Source: Candidatus Zixiibacteriota bacterium (lineage in GTDB: Bacteria; RBG-13-66-14; B26-G2; WVWN01). From it: 48,287 bases of DNA. The stretch spans positions 1 through 48,287 of the forward strand of contig JASFLY010000022.1 in the NCBI GenBank assembly GCA_050117845.1, given 5' to 3'. The translations under genes and the position numbers were made by a program. The notes under the pieces are model-generated. The model searched no databases and was not told the origin of the DNA. It worked only from the letters and a program-made list of their open reading frames with translations. This document shows, one piece after another, positions 35,647 through 45,117 of the stretch (position 1 is its first letter; every line of letters begins with the position of its first letter).

Positions 35647-37794
35647 TTACCTCAATCCGAAGTCCGTCGGCGCGGCCGCGAGGAAGCGACGCATCTCGGC
35701 CTCTTCCGCGGCCCGTATTCCTTTCTTCCGTACCGCCCCGACCCGCCGGAACGCTCGCTCCAGCGAGAGCGTCGGGGCCTCGACGTATATGTAATCCAGC
35801 GACAGGTCGCCGTTTCCGGTGCCGTACGCGTGGAATTCGTATCGTTTATCGCCGTCGCATTCGAAGGCGAGCGCGACCCGGCCGTAGCCGCCGTCCGCCG
35901 GTAGTTCGCTCGCGGGGACGGACTTTCCGGCGACCGGCACGACGACGTCGTCGCGGCGCTCGGCGACGGCGAGAAGTGCGGCCGGTTGGAAGGGCTCCGT
36001 CACGTCTTCCACCGCCAGCGCGTACGTGACCTTGACGACGCCGGGCGGCCAGTACGCCGGGCCGGCCCGCGACAGAGCGCCCAGGGGCCCTACGGCCGCG
36101 GGGCAATAAAGGGTCCGGCCGTTCCGAGCGCGGTCGTCGAACACGCGGACGCCCACGTCGTCGTTGAACCGGGTTTCTTCTATAGTTTGAAACGTCCACT
36201 CGAAGGCCTTATCCGCCGGTATTGCCGGCGTAGCGCCGCGCCGTAGGAGTATGAAATCGCCGTCGGCGAACACGCAGCCGTAACGGCGGTCCCGCAGGAG
36301 CCCTGCCAGCGTAGCCCGCACCTGACCCTCGCTCCCGGGAGCGGGCATGAGCCAGTTTTCTTCCAGGCGCGTCGTCTCCGCCAAAACATCCGCCGGGAAC
36401 AGGTACTTTTGATACGAAAATTTATGGGGCAACAAATATACGCGCCACCGTTCGGAGAAGTGGGGCAGTAGGTACATCGTCGCGGCCAGCGACCGCTCCG
36501 CCGAAACGTAGCGCGCTACGCGGGGCAGCTTCTCCAGTTCCGGCGGGGCCGCGAACCATTCGGGCCTGTAACGAGCGCCCAGCGGCCCGAAGGCCGCGCT
36601 CGAGGCCAAACCTACGGCCAGCAAATACGTCGTGGCGGCTGGGACGGCCCGCCGGCGGAAGGCCGGCCGGCTACTCACCCGCCGCTCGACCCATCCCCAC
36701 GCCCGAACCGCGAAGTAGGCTAGAAAGGGCAACAACGGCATCGCGTATTGGTAACCCAAAGCGTAGTGGCTGGGGACCTTCGAGAAAAGCGCGTAGGTCG
36801 CGGGGGTCAGGTATGCCAGCCATCCCCACCCCGCCGCGAGCGGTAAGAAAGCCCACGGCCCCACCCAGTGAAGGAGGTACGCGAGGCGCGCCGGGTCGGC
36901 CGCCCGGGCCAGGAATTCGCCGGGGTGGCCTGCTGCGTAGGCGACGAGGCCCAACGGCGACGTCGCGACGCCGAAGGTGTTGAGGATGGGATTGGAACCC
37001 AGATCGCTCACGTCCATGAGCTGGGGGTAAACGACGTACGTACAAACCAGGAAGTGGAAAGCGGCCGCCGCGGCCACCGTCCAGCCGAGTCTCGCTTGTT
37101 TAAGGCCCAGCGCCACGAAGACGCCGGCGGCGCACGCGTAGAGCGCGAGTTCCTCCAGGCCGAGTATCGCCAGGAAAAAGAACAGCAACGAAACCCGCGG
37201 CCTCCCAGCCTCCGCGCCCCACAGCGCCCAGAGGAAAAGCGCCGGGGCGAACGTCCGGGGGTGGAAGTCGTAGAGGCTCACCCATTGGGTGGACGCGAAC
37301 AGAAGCGGCGACAGCGCGAACGCGAGGGCGAGGTAACGCGAGGCCGTATGGCGCCGGGCGATGAGGAAGGCCGGCATCGCGGCCGACGCCAGCGCCGCGG
37401 CCTGTAACACCAAAAGGAAAGTCGGCCCGGAGAAAATGCGCGAGGCCGGCGATATAAGCTGGGTGAGTAGGGCTACGTGATTGAGGTGGGGTCGGGAGAA
37501 GAGGACCGTCTGATACAAAAACGCGCCCCGGCCTCCCGCCCAGAAGACGTGATGCTGAACGCCCAGGTCGACGGCGGGCGCGGCCAATACGCCGTATTTG
37601 CGGACGGCGAGGGCCGCGAAGGTAACGGCGAACGCCACCATCGCGGCGCCGAGGAGGAGCGCCGTGCGCCCCCGGCTCTTCCCGGGAGAGGCCGCCCGGC
37701 CTCCCGGCGCGAACGCCGCCACGACCCCGGCGACGGCGGCCGCCCCCAGGACGATTCCGAGCTGGGTGATTATGTCGCTAAGCGCCGGCGACAA
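35647..37794 (-). CDS. DUF2079-like multi-TM (GT-C type) protein with C-terminal carbohydrate-binding-like domain
   Basis: DLG, LLVLQA, YDFHP, EE and YQY motifs, many TM helices; TTG start with SD. Confidence 0.75.
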   Translation of the reverse strand: MSPALSDIITQLGIVLGAAAVAGVVAAFAPGGRAASPGKSRGRTALLLGAAMVAFAVTFAALAVRKYGVLAAPAVDLGVQHHVFWAGGRGAFLYQTVLFSRPHLNHVALLTQLISPASRIFSGPTFLLVLQAAALASAAMPAFLIARRHTASRYLALAFALSPLLFASTQWVSLYDFHPRTFAPALFLWALWGAEAGRPRVSLLFFFLAILGLEELALYACAAGVFVALGLKQARLGWTVAAAAAFHFLVCTYVVYPQLMDVSDLGSNPILNTFGVATSPLGLVAYAAGHPGEFLARAADPARLAYLLHWVGPWAFLPLAAGWGWLAYLTPATYALFSKVPSHYALGYQYAMPLLPFLAYFAVRAWGWVERRVSSRPAFRRRAVPAATTYLLAVGLASSAAFGPLGARYRPEWFAAPPELEKLPRVARYVSAERSLAATMYLLPHFSERWRVYLLPHKFSYQKYLFPADVLAETTRLEENWLMPAPGSEGQVRATLAGLLRDRRYGCVFADGDFILLRRGATPAIPADKAFEWTFQTIEETRFNDDVGVRVFDDRARNGRTLYCPAAVGPLGALSRAGPAYWPPGVVKVTYALAVEDVTEPFQPAALLAVAERRDDVVVPVAGKSVPASELPADGGYGRVALAFECDGDKRYEFHAYGTGNGDLSLDYIYVEAPTLSLERAFRRVGAVRKKGIRAAEEAEMRRFLAAAPTDFGLR

Positions 37795-37809
37795 GTCTCC
37801 CCCTTGCTT

Positions 37810-38301
37810 CTAAGAGAACACCGCCCCGAGCCACCCGACCTTTAAGGCGAGTAGCCGGAGCCCCTGCAGGACCAGATTTGCGTAAACACACGCGATAATG
37901 TCGTCCGCCATAATCCCCACGCCGCCGGTCAGCCGCTGCGACCGATTCGCCGGGAACGGCTTCAGGATGTCGAAAACCCGAGAGAGGATGAAGGCCGCCG
38001 CGGCGAACGGCAGCGTTTTCGGCAGGAAGGCGACGGCGACGAAGTAACCGGCGAACTCGTCGATGCAGGCCCGCCCCGGGTCCTTCTTGCCCCAGACTTT
38101 TTCGGCGACACCCGAGGCCCAGACGCCCACGGCGGTCGATACGGCCGCCACGACCAGGACCCAGTAGCCGGCCGGCACCAGCCACCAGTATACGGCCATG
38201 GCGCCCAGCGTGCCCACCGTTCCGGGGGCGATCGGGGAGTAGCCCAGGTACGCGACCGAGGCGATGATAGTGGCGACGCGTTGTTTGAACGTTAAGGCCA
38301 T
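37810..38301 (-). CDS. pgpA: Phosphatidylglycerophosphatase A
   Basis: APGTVGT, DPG..IDE, FDILKPFP, GIMADD. Confidence 0.95.
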   Translation of the reverse strand: MALTFKQRVATIIASVAYLGYSPIAPGTVGTLGAMAVYWWLVPAGYWVLVVAAVSTAVGVWASGVAEKVWGKKDPGRACIDEFAGYFVAVAFLPKTLPFAAAAFILSRVFDILKPFPANRSQRLTGGVGIMADDIIACVYANLVLQGLRLLALKVGWLGAVFS

Positions 38302-38308
38302 TATATCA

Positions 38309-38893
38309 CTACCGGACGAAAACGCTTATGACGACTTGTCGATTCTTCCAGATGTACCAGACGCCCGTGACCAGCGTGAGGATTACCGCCACCCACAGCG
38401 TGAGCTGCACCGCGCCGGAAACGAGTGGGTCGAGCGCCCCGGGCCAATCCGTGCCCAGCCAGTGCGCCGCCACCGAATGCATGAGGATGCCGGCGATAGC
38501 AGTCATCTGGAAGGCCGTCTTCCATTTGGCGAGGGTGGTCGGATAAATATAAATGCCGCGGGCTCCGGCGAGCGCCCGGAAGCCGGTTATCACGAGTTCC
38601 CGGGCGACGATGGCGAGGACCATCCACAGCGGGACGGCGCCGATGCCGGCGAAGCTGACGAGCGCCGATACGACGATGACCTTGTCGGCCAGCGGGTCCA
38701 TGACCTTGCCGAAGTCGGTAACGCAGTCGAGCTTTCGGGCGAGGTAGCCGTCCAGCAGGTCGGTCGTGATGGCGGCGACGTAGATGCCGAGGGCGATGGT
38801 GTGGTGGAGGGGCGAGTTGGACAACAGGAAGATAAGAAAAACCGGCGCCGCCAGTATCCGCGAAACGGTGAGGACGTTGGGCCAGTTAAGCAC
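38309..38893 (-). CDS. pgsA: CDP-diacylglycerol--glycerol-3-phosphate 3-phosphatidyltransferase
   Basis: PNVLT..R, TDLLDGYLAR, FGKVMDPLADK, RE...T..R, KWKT..Q. Confidence 0.95.
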   Translation of the reverse strand: MLNWPNVLTVSRILAAPVFLIFLLSNSPLHHTIALGIYVAAITTDLLDGYLARKLDCVTDFGKVMDPLADKVIVVSALVSFAGIGAVPLWMVLAIVARELVITGFRALAGARGIYIYPTTLAKWKTAFQMTAIAGILMHSVAAHWLGTDWPGALDPLVSGAVQLTLWVAVILTLVTGVWYIWKNRQVVISVFVR

Positions 38894-40223
38894 TTTCCCC
38901 CTCCGCTCCCTCGGGGCGCGCGAGCAGCTCGTAGCCCTCGTTCCCGATTATTTCGGCTCGGACGAATTCACCGGCGGTCAGGCCGCCGGCCGGCGAGACT
39001 ATAGTGACCGGGTCGGCCTCCGGTGCCTGGAAATACGTCCGACCTATGGCGACGTCCTCTTCCAGTACGCCGTCGACGAGTACGTCGAAACTTTGGCCGA
39101 CCAGCTCGGCGTAGCGGGCGGCGAGTATCTCCTGCTGAAGGAGCATAAGCTCCTCCCGGCGGTAAGCCGTCGTTTCCGCGTCGACCGGGGCCGCCAGCGA
39201 AGCGGCCGGCGTGCCCTCCTCCGGCGAAAACTCGAAGACGCCCAGATGGTCGAAGCGGCCTTCCCGGGCGAAGTCCCGCAGGAGGTCGAAGTCCTCGTCC
39301 GTCTCCCCCGGGAAGCCGACTATAATACTCGTGCGTATTGCCGCCCCCGGGATGAGCGCGCGTATTTCCTCCAATCGGGCGAGCGTCTTTTCGGGCGGGT
39401 CCGCCGGCCGGCCCATGGCCCTGAGGACGGCGGGCGACGCGTGCTGGAGCGGCAGGTCCAGGTAGTTGACGACCGGCTCGAGTTCCGCGAAGGCGCCGGC
39501 GAGTTCGTCGGTCAGCCGCGCCGGATGGAGGTAGAGGACGCGTATCCGTGGGATGCCGACGGGCGCGAGGCGCCGAAGGAGGCCCGCGAGGTCGGGGCCG
39601 CCGGCGTCCTCACCGTAGCGGCTGCTGTCCTGCGCGAGGAGAACGAGTTCGCGGACGCCGATGGCGGCGGCGACTTCAGCCTCATATACTACGTCGGCCG
39701 CGTCACGCGAGCGGAAGCGGCCCCGCAGGCGCGGGATGGTGCAAAAGGTGCAAGGGTGGTCGCAGCCCTCGGCGATTTTTAAGAAAGAGACGTGCCGGGC
39801 GGTGAGGCGCGGCCTTTCGGCTATACCGTCGAGGGGCGGCGCCGGCGAACCGGCGTTCACGACGCGCCGGCCGGCCCGGGCTTCGCGTATCGCGTCGGCG
39901 AGTTCGGCGGCGGCGTTGACGCCCAGTATAACGCCGGCTACGGGGAACTCCTCGGCCAGCACGTCGGCCGCGAGTTGAGGAAAACAGCCGGTTACGGCCA
40001 ACGTCGCGTCCGGCGCCATGGCCTCGCTCAGCTCGGCCAGAACCCGTCGGCCCTCCCGGCGGGCCGGTTCAATGAAGGCGCAGGTGTTCACGATTACCAC
40101 GTCCGCCTCGGCCTCGTCGAACGTGAGTTCGTAACCTTCGTCGAGAAGACGACCCACGGCCGCTTCCGCGTCGACGAGGTTTTTGGGGCACCCGAGGCTG
40201 ATTACGGCTACTTTACTCGTCAC
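38886..40223 (-). CDS. rimO: Ribosomal protein S12 methylthiotransferase
   Basis: SLGCPKNLVD, NTCAFI, KIAEGCDHPCTFC radical SAM motif, YLHP, DLPLQH, TRAM domain. Confidence 0.95.
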   Translation of the reverse strand: MTSKVAVISLGCPKNLVDAEAAVGRLLDEGYELTFDEAEADVVIVNTCAFIEPARREGRRVLAELSEAMAPDATLAVTGCFPQLAADVLAEEFPVAGVILGVNAAAELADAIREARAGRRVVNAGSPAPPLDGIAERPRLTARHVSFLKIAEGCDHPCTFCTIPRLRGRFRSRDAADVVYEAEVAAAIGVRELVLLAQDSSRYGEDAGGPDLAGLLRRLAPVGIPRIRVLYLHPARLTDELAGAFAELEPVVNYLDLPLQHASPAVLRAMGRPADPPEKTLARLEEIRALIPGAAIRTSIIVGFPGETDEDFDLLRDFAREGRFDHLGVFEFSPEEGTPAASLAAPVDAETTAYRREELMLLQQEILAARYAELVGQSFDVLVDGVLEEDVAIGRTYFQAPEADPVTIVSPAGGLTAGEFVRAEIIGNEGYELLARPEGAEGESA

Positions 40224-40227
40224 GGCT

Positions 40228-40908
40228 TTACGGCCCGGCCATGTCCACTATTTCGGCGCCGGCCGGGATCTTGAATACGAAAAGGTCGGCCGACAGGCCC
40301 GGGTTCAGGCGGTAATTCGAAAGTCGATAAGAAGTGCAGCTGCCGGCGGCGTCGTAGAAGTCGCATCGCCGGCCCAGGAGGTCGTCGCGGCCCACCCACA
40401 GGCGGATTTCCCCGAACGCGGCCGCGGTCCCATTGCGCGCCGTGAGGCGGAGTTCGTAGACTTGCCCCGCGGTCTCGGAGACTAGTTCGACGTCGTAGTC
40501 CTCCGACAGCTCGTCCAGCGCGCCGGGCAGGTCGGCCAGGTACGCCACCTCGGCCCCGCGGTAGCGGATGACCTGCTTGCTCCCGGCGACGTGGGCGTAC
40601 ATGCGATCGCCGTCGTAGACGATGAGTTGCTCGAAAGGCTCGTCGAACTCCACGCGGACGAGGTTGGGCATCTTGGCGTAGAGGACGCCGCGGCTCGTCG
40701 ACGTCTCGCCGAGGTAAGCCGAACTCGTTACGACGGCGACGTCCGAACGGAAGTCGTCCAGCTTCTCGTACTTCGCGGTGATGCGGTCCAGGAGTTCGGC
40801 GGCGTCCACGGACGGCGGCTCGTCATACGGCCAAACCGCCGCGCTCGGCGCGGCGGCGTATACGACGAGCGTACACGCGAGGGCGATGTTAAGCGAAGTC
40901 CTCTTCAT
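40228..40908 (-). CDS. lolA: Outer-membrane lipoprotein carrier LolA-like
   Basis: Signal peptide, G.LY...P..VR..F..P.EQLIVYDG, F.F.IP.GA; ftsK-lolA synteny. Start refined to ATG 40908. Confidence 0.85.
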   Translation of the reverse strand: MKRTSLNIALACTLVVYAAAPSAAVWPYDEPPSVDAAELLDRITAKYEKLDDFRSDVAVVTSSAYLGETSTSRGVLYAKMPNLVRVEFDEPFEQLIVYDGDRMYAHVAGSKQVIRYRGAEVAYLADLPGALDELSEDYDVELVSETAGQVYELRLTARNGTAAAFGEIRLWVGRDDLLGRRCDFYDAAGSCTSYRLSNYRLNPGLSADLFVFKIPAGAEIVDMAGP

Positions 40909-43183
40909 ACGATTCCGTTTCGGGGTCGCCCGTCGGATCAAGCGACCTGACGAGAACCTTCCGCGGTTTCGACCCCTCGGCCGGGCCGACGATGCCGCGG
41001 CGTTCCATCTGGTCGATAAGGCGGCCCGCCCGGGCGAAGCCGATGCGGAAGCGCCTCTGGAGCATGGAGACCGACGCCGTCTTGCTGCCCACGACGAACG
41101 CGGCGGCCTCGTCGAAGAGTTCGTCCTCGCCCTCGTCGGCGTATCCCGCGCCGCCGCCGGCGTCTTCGACGGCCTCGTCCACCGAGGCCAGGCCCTCCGG
41201 CGGCGCCTGCCCGGACCAAAACTCGACGACTCGCCGCACCTCGTCCTCGCCGACGTAAGCGCCCTGCACGCGTTCCGGCTCGTGGGCCCCCGAGGGGAGG
41301 AAGAGCATGTCGCCCTCCGGCAGGAGGTGCTGGGCGCCGGGGCGGTCCAGGATGGTGCGGGAGTCTATCTGCGAGGACACGCTGAACGCGATGCGGCTCG
41401 GGAAGTTGGCTTTGATGACGCCGGTGATGACGTCGACCGAGGGCCGCTGGGTTGCGACGACGAGGTGGATGCCGACGGCCCGGGCCATCTGGGCCAGCCG
41501 CACGAGTTGCTCCTCCACCTTGCGCGCCTTCTCGCGGACCATGAGGTCGTTGAGCTCGTCGACGACGACGACCAGATACGGCAGCGGCCGCCCCGCCTCG
41601 TCGTCGGCGCCGAGCCGGATTTTCTCCGAGAGTTTTTGGCGGCCTTCGGCCGTGGCGAAGAGGGCGTTGTAAGCGCCGATGTTCCGGGCCCCCACTTTAG
41701 AGAGGAGTTGGTAACGGCCTTCCATCCGTCGGACGACCGCCCTCAGGGCCTTAACGGCCTGGTCCAATTCCTTGAACACAACGTCGTCGAAACGCTTGTG
41801 CGGAATGTTGTCGAAGACCGAGAGGTCCACTTTCTTGGGGTCGATTATGACGAACTGCACCTCGTCGGGCGTGGCCGTCATCAAGAGCGACGTGATGACG
41901 GCGTTCAGGAAGATACTCTTGCCCGAGCCCGTGGCTCCGGCGACAAGGAGGTGCGGCATCTTGGTTAGATCCGCGGTCACGACCTGGCCGTCGTGGCGGC
42001 GGCCGAGAGGGACGGTCAATAGCGATTGCTTCGCTTCCTTCTGGAAGGTCTTGGTCGACAGGAGTTCGCGCAGGACGACAGGCGTGGCCGCCGGATTGGG
42101 GACGTCCACGGCGACGGCCCCGCGGCTGGCGAGGCTCGTGATGGTAATGCCTGGGACCGCCATCGCCCGGGCCAGGTCGTCCTCGAGCGACTTCATCGCG
42201 CCGAACTTCTGGCCGGGCGCGAGTTCGACTTCGAAACGGGAGACGCGGGGGCCGACCTTTATCTCGCGGACGCGACCCTGCACCCGGTAGGCCGCCAGCG
42301 CTTCTTCCAGCCGTTTCTTGCAATCGGTGAGGTACCCTTTGGATATCTCCTCGGTCGGCGGTTGGGGGGGCGCGAGTAGGTCTAGTTTCGGCTTTTTATA
42401 AGGGCCCGCCACACGCGGCGGCGGGGGAGGGGGAGGCGGCGCGGCCGCCTCGGGACGGGGCTCCGGCGGCGGGGGAGGGACCTCGGCCACCGGCTCCTCG
42501 GCCTCTTCCTCGACCGGCGGCGGGGCGGTGCTTATTTCGACGTCGTCGGCTTCTTCGTAGTAGTCTCCCTCTTCCCGTTCGAAGACGGCGCCGACGGTTC
42601 GGCCTACCCATTTCCCGAAGGCGATGGCGCTGTTTAGCAGGCGGATGGGCGTTACGCCGGCGACGGCCCAGGCCGCCGCGACGACGAGGGCGACCGTGGC
42701 CACGACTAGGCCGAAGACCCGGCCTATGACGCGCGCGAGAGCGTTGCGTAGGAAAAGGCCGACGGCTCCGCCCAGGCGCACGACGTCCGTGAAGGCGTCC
42801 TCGCCCTCGCCGCCGACCGTGAGCGCGAGGAACGTGGCTCCGAAGAAGACGGCCAAAAGGAAGACGATGAGGCGGAATTCCCGCTGGAGCGAAACGCCGC
42901 CGCGGAACTGAAAATAGGTCCAGAGGCCGAAAAAGACGGGAAGTGCGAACGCGGCGTAACCGAGCGTCTCCAGCATCCAGAATGAGAGGCAGGCGCCGAA
43001 GAGGCCCAACTTGTTGTTAACGGCCTCGCCGCCGGCGCCAAGGCCCACCGGGTCCGCGGCGTCGTGGGTCACGAGGCTCGCCGCGCATACCACGGCGACG
43101 ACGGCCAGGAAGACGCCCAGCGCTTCCCGGCCGTATTTAAACCCTTTCTCCGTCTTCTTTTTCGTGCCGCGGCTTTTAGCCAT
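40889..43183 (-). CDS. ftsK: DNA translocase FtsK
   Basis: N-terminal TM region, PHLLVAGATGSGKS, IDPK, DELNDLM, ATQRPSVDV, gamma domain LQRRFRIGFARAGRLID. Confidence 0.97.
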   Translation of the reverse strand: MAKSRGTKKKTEKGFKYGREALGVFLAVVAVVCAASLVTHDAADPVGLGAGGEAVNNKLGLFGACLSFWMLETLGYAAFALPVFFGLWTYFQFRGGVSLQREFRLIVFLLAVFFGATFLALTVGGEGEDAFTDVVRLGGAVGLFLRNALARVIGRVFGLVVATVALVVAAAWAVAGVTPIRLLNSAIAFGKWVGRTVGAVFEREEGDYYEEADDVEISTAPPPVEEEAEEPVAEVPPPPPEPRPEAAAPPPPPPPPRVAGPYKKPKLDLLAPPQPPTEEISKGYLTDCKKRLEEALAAYRVQGRVREIKVGPRVSRFEVELAPGQKFGAMKSLEDDLARAMAVPGITITSLASRGAVAVDVPNPAATPVVLRELLSTKTFQKEAKQSLLTVPLGRRHDGQVVTADLTKMPHLLVAGATGSGKSIFLNAVITSLLMTATPDEVQFVIIDPKKVDLSVFDNIPHKRFDDVVFKELDQAVKALRAVVRRMEGRYQLLSKVGARNIGAYNALFATAEGRQKLSEKIRLGADDEAGRPLPYLVVVVDELNDLMVREKARKVEEQLVRLAQMARAVGIHLVVATQRPSVDVITGVIKANFPSRIAFSVSSQIDSRTILDRPGAQHLLPEGDMLFLPSGAHEPERVQGAYVGEDEVRRVVEFWSGQAPPEGLASVDEAVEDAGGGAGYADEGEDELFDEAAAFVVGSKTASVSMLQRRFRIGFARAGRLIDQMERRGIVGPAEGSKPRKVLVRSLDPTGDPETESYEEDFA

Positions 43184-43186
43184 AGG

Positions 43187-44104
43187 TTACGGCGCTTCGC
43201 AACTGTAGATACTCTCCGCCCTCTCGAACACGATATCGGCGCCGTCGTAGGTGTAGTGCGGGTTGCGATCCTTGTCGGTCCAGACGTCCGAGGACCGCGT
43301 TAACCACGTATCGTTGCCGGTGCGGTATTCGTAGGCGAAGAGGCCGTCGCGGTGGGCGGATACCAGATATTTGTCGTCGGTGGAGAGCGTTAGGCCTTCC
43401 AGGAAGGGTTTGCTCGTATCCCGGACGACGCGGGGGTAACCGCCGCCGCTGGCGATGACTTCGTAAATGTACTCGCCGTGCGGTATGGAGTTGAACGGGA
43501 TTTCGCGTTCGATGTAGTAGACTTTGTTCTCACCGGGTTTTTTTACCGGGTCGTAGTGCGCGAAGCCGATGGGGTGTTCGCGCGAGCAGTTAACAATAGT
43601 GTCCGTATTGAGGTCGAGACGGTAAATCAAACGATCCGTCACGATAGTGAAGAATACGTACTGGCCGGTCTCGTCGGCCCCGAGGGAAGAGTCCGGGTCG
43701 GCTACGGCGTCGTGCTTGGTGATAGTTCCGCCGGTCGCCGGTACGGTCCAGATGTTGCATTCATCGGTCGTTTCGTCTTTCTGGATGAAGGCTATAACGT
43801 CGCCCGGCAGCCAGGCCGGTTTCCGAGGACAGTAGTCCATCGAAGGGGCGTCGGGTGTTATTACCGTCTTCGCGTCCGATACCAGGTCGTACACCGTGAG
43901 GTGATAGGCTTCGACGAAGACTATCTTCCGGTCGTCGGGCGAGCACGCCGGGTCCCAGGCGTCCGCGGCGACCAGCTCCACCGTGTTTTCCTTCTCCGGT
44001 TGGTCCTCGGGCGGCGGGACCTCCTCTTCTTCACTACAGGAGACGTTCGCCAGGAGTCCGCCCAGCGCGATTCCCACCATGAGTAACCACGACCATCTTC
44101 TCAT
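43187..44104 (-). CDS. TolB-like beta-propeller (PD40-like repeat) lipoprotein
   Basis: Lipobox NVSC; DPACSPDDRKIVF, PAWLP, NPHYTYDGADIVF. Start refined to ATG 44104 with SD. Confidence 0.75.
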   Translation of the reverse strand: MRRWSWLLMVGIALGGLLANVSCSEEEEVPPPEDQPEKENTVELVAADAWDPACSPDDRKIVFVEAYHLTVYDLVSDAKTVITPDAPSMDYCPRKPAWLPGDVIAFIQKDETTDECNIWTVPATGGTITKHDAVADPDSSLGADETGQYVFFTIVTDRLIYRLDLNTDTIVNCSREHPIGFAHYDPVKKPGENKVYYIEREIPFNSIPHGEYIYEVIASGGGYPRVVRDTSKPFLEGLTLSTDDKYLVSAHRDGLFAYEYRTGNDTWLTRSSDVWTDKDRNPHYTYDGADIVFERAESIYSCEAP

Positions 44105-44145
44105 CGTTAGACCCCCTTGGATTAAGGAGTTATCGTTCGTATTAG

Positions 44146-44910
44146 TTATATTAACAGGACCGCGAGGCCGACGACGACGCAATATACGCCGAACCAACCG
44201 AACTTGCGGCCGCGAACCGACGCCAGGACGATATATATGGCGGCGAGGCCGGCGGCGAACGCTACCGCCGAGCCGAGGGCCACACCTGCCCAGTCGCCCC
44301 CGAAACTTTCTATTTTACGCGACTCCAAAAGCGCCGCGCCCAATATAGCCGGTACGGACATCAAAAACGAGAAGCTGGCGGCCTCGGCCCCGGCGAGGCC
44401 CACCGCCAGGCCCGCGACGATGGTCATGCCCGAACGGGACACCCCCGGCGCGATGGCGAGCGCCTGCGCCAGGCCCACCACCAACGCGGCCCAGAAACTC
44501 ATTTGGGCTATGGTCCCGCCGCGCCGTTTGATCAGCGCGGACGCGAACAGGACGGCCGCCGTGAAAAGCAAAGCGATGCCCACCCCCGTGGTACTTTCGA
44601 ACAGCGATTCCACTCGGTCCTCGAAGGCCAGCCCCACGACGGCGGCCGGCGCCGAAGCCACGATTACGAGGCCGAGGAATTTAAGCCAGCCGCCGGGCCC
44701 CCCGGCCGCGGCCCGGAATATATCGACGAGCCTGCGCCGGAAGTAAATAATAATGGCGAGGGCCGTCGCGACGTGCAACGCGACCTCGAGGACGATACCT
44801 GGCGATTCTACCTTGAGGTATTCCTGCGCCAGTACGAGGTGTCCGGACGAGGATACAGGCAGGAATTCGGTCAAGCCCTGGACCAAGCCCAGGATCCCGT
44901 AGCATATCAA
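44146..44910 (-). CDS. uppP: Undecaprenyl-diphosphatase
   Basis: GLVQGLTEFLPVSSSGHL, PGVSRSGMT, FSFLMSVP. Start uncertain (see findings). Confidence 0.96.
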   Translation of the reverse strand: MICYGILGLVQGLTEFLPVSSSGHLVLAQEYLKVESPGIVLEVALHVATALAIIIYFRRRLVDIFRAAAGGPGGWLKFLGLVIVASAPAAVVGLAFEDRVESLFESTTGVGIALLFTAAVLFASALIKRRGGTIAQMSFWAALVVGLAQALAIAPGVSRSGMTIVAGLAVGLAGAEAASFSFLMSVPAILGAALLESRKIESFGGDWAGVALGSAVAFAAGLAAIYIVLASVRGRKFGWFGVYCVVVGLAVLLI

Positions 44911-45068
44911 GTCGTGCGTGGTAATCTCCTTATAATACCGTGTTTATGGGAATACTATCAACTTGGCCCTGCGAAGTCAACAATCAATGAGATATCTTTG
45001 TTCCCGAAGGCCCCTATAAACTGCGTCCGGCGTGGATCGTCGGCCGCCTCCGTGGCTGCGGCACTCGT

Positions 45069-45096
45069 AAAAAAGGGGGCCGCTGGTTTGCCCCCT
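45069..45096 (-). terminator. Intrinsic terminator after sulfatase-like genes
   Basis: AGGGGGC...GCCCCCT stem followed by a T-run on the minus strand. Confidence 0.7.
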
Positions 45097-45117
45097 GGTT
45101 CGCCCGGCCGTCGCGTT

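Noticed and set aside
42415..42530. G-rich tracts resembling G-quadruplex or simple repeats
   Set aside because: They are the complement of poly-Pro codons in the FtsK linker.
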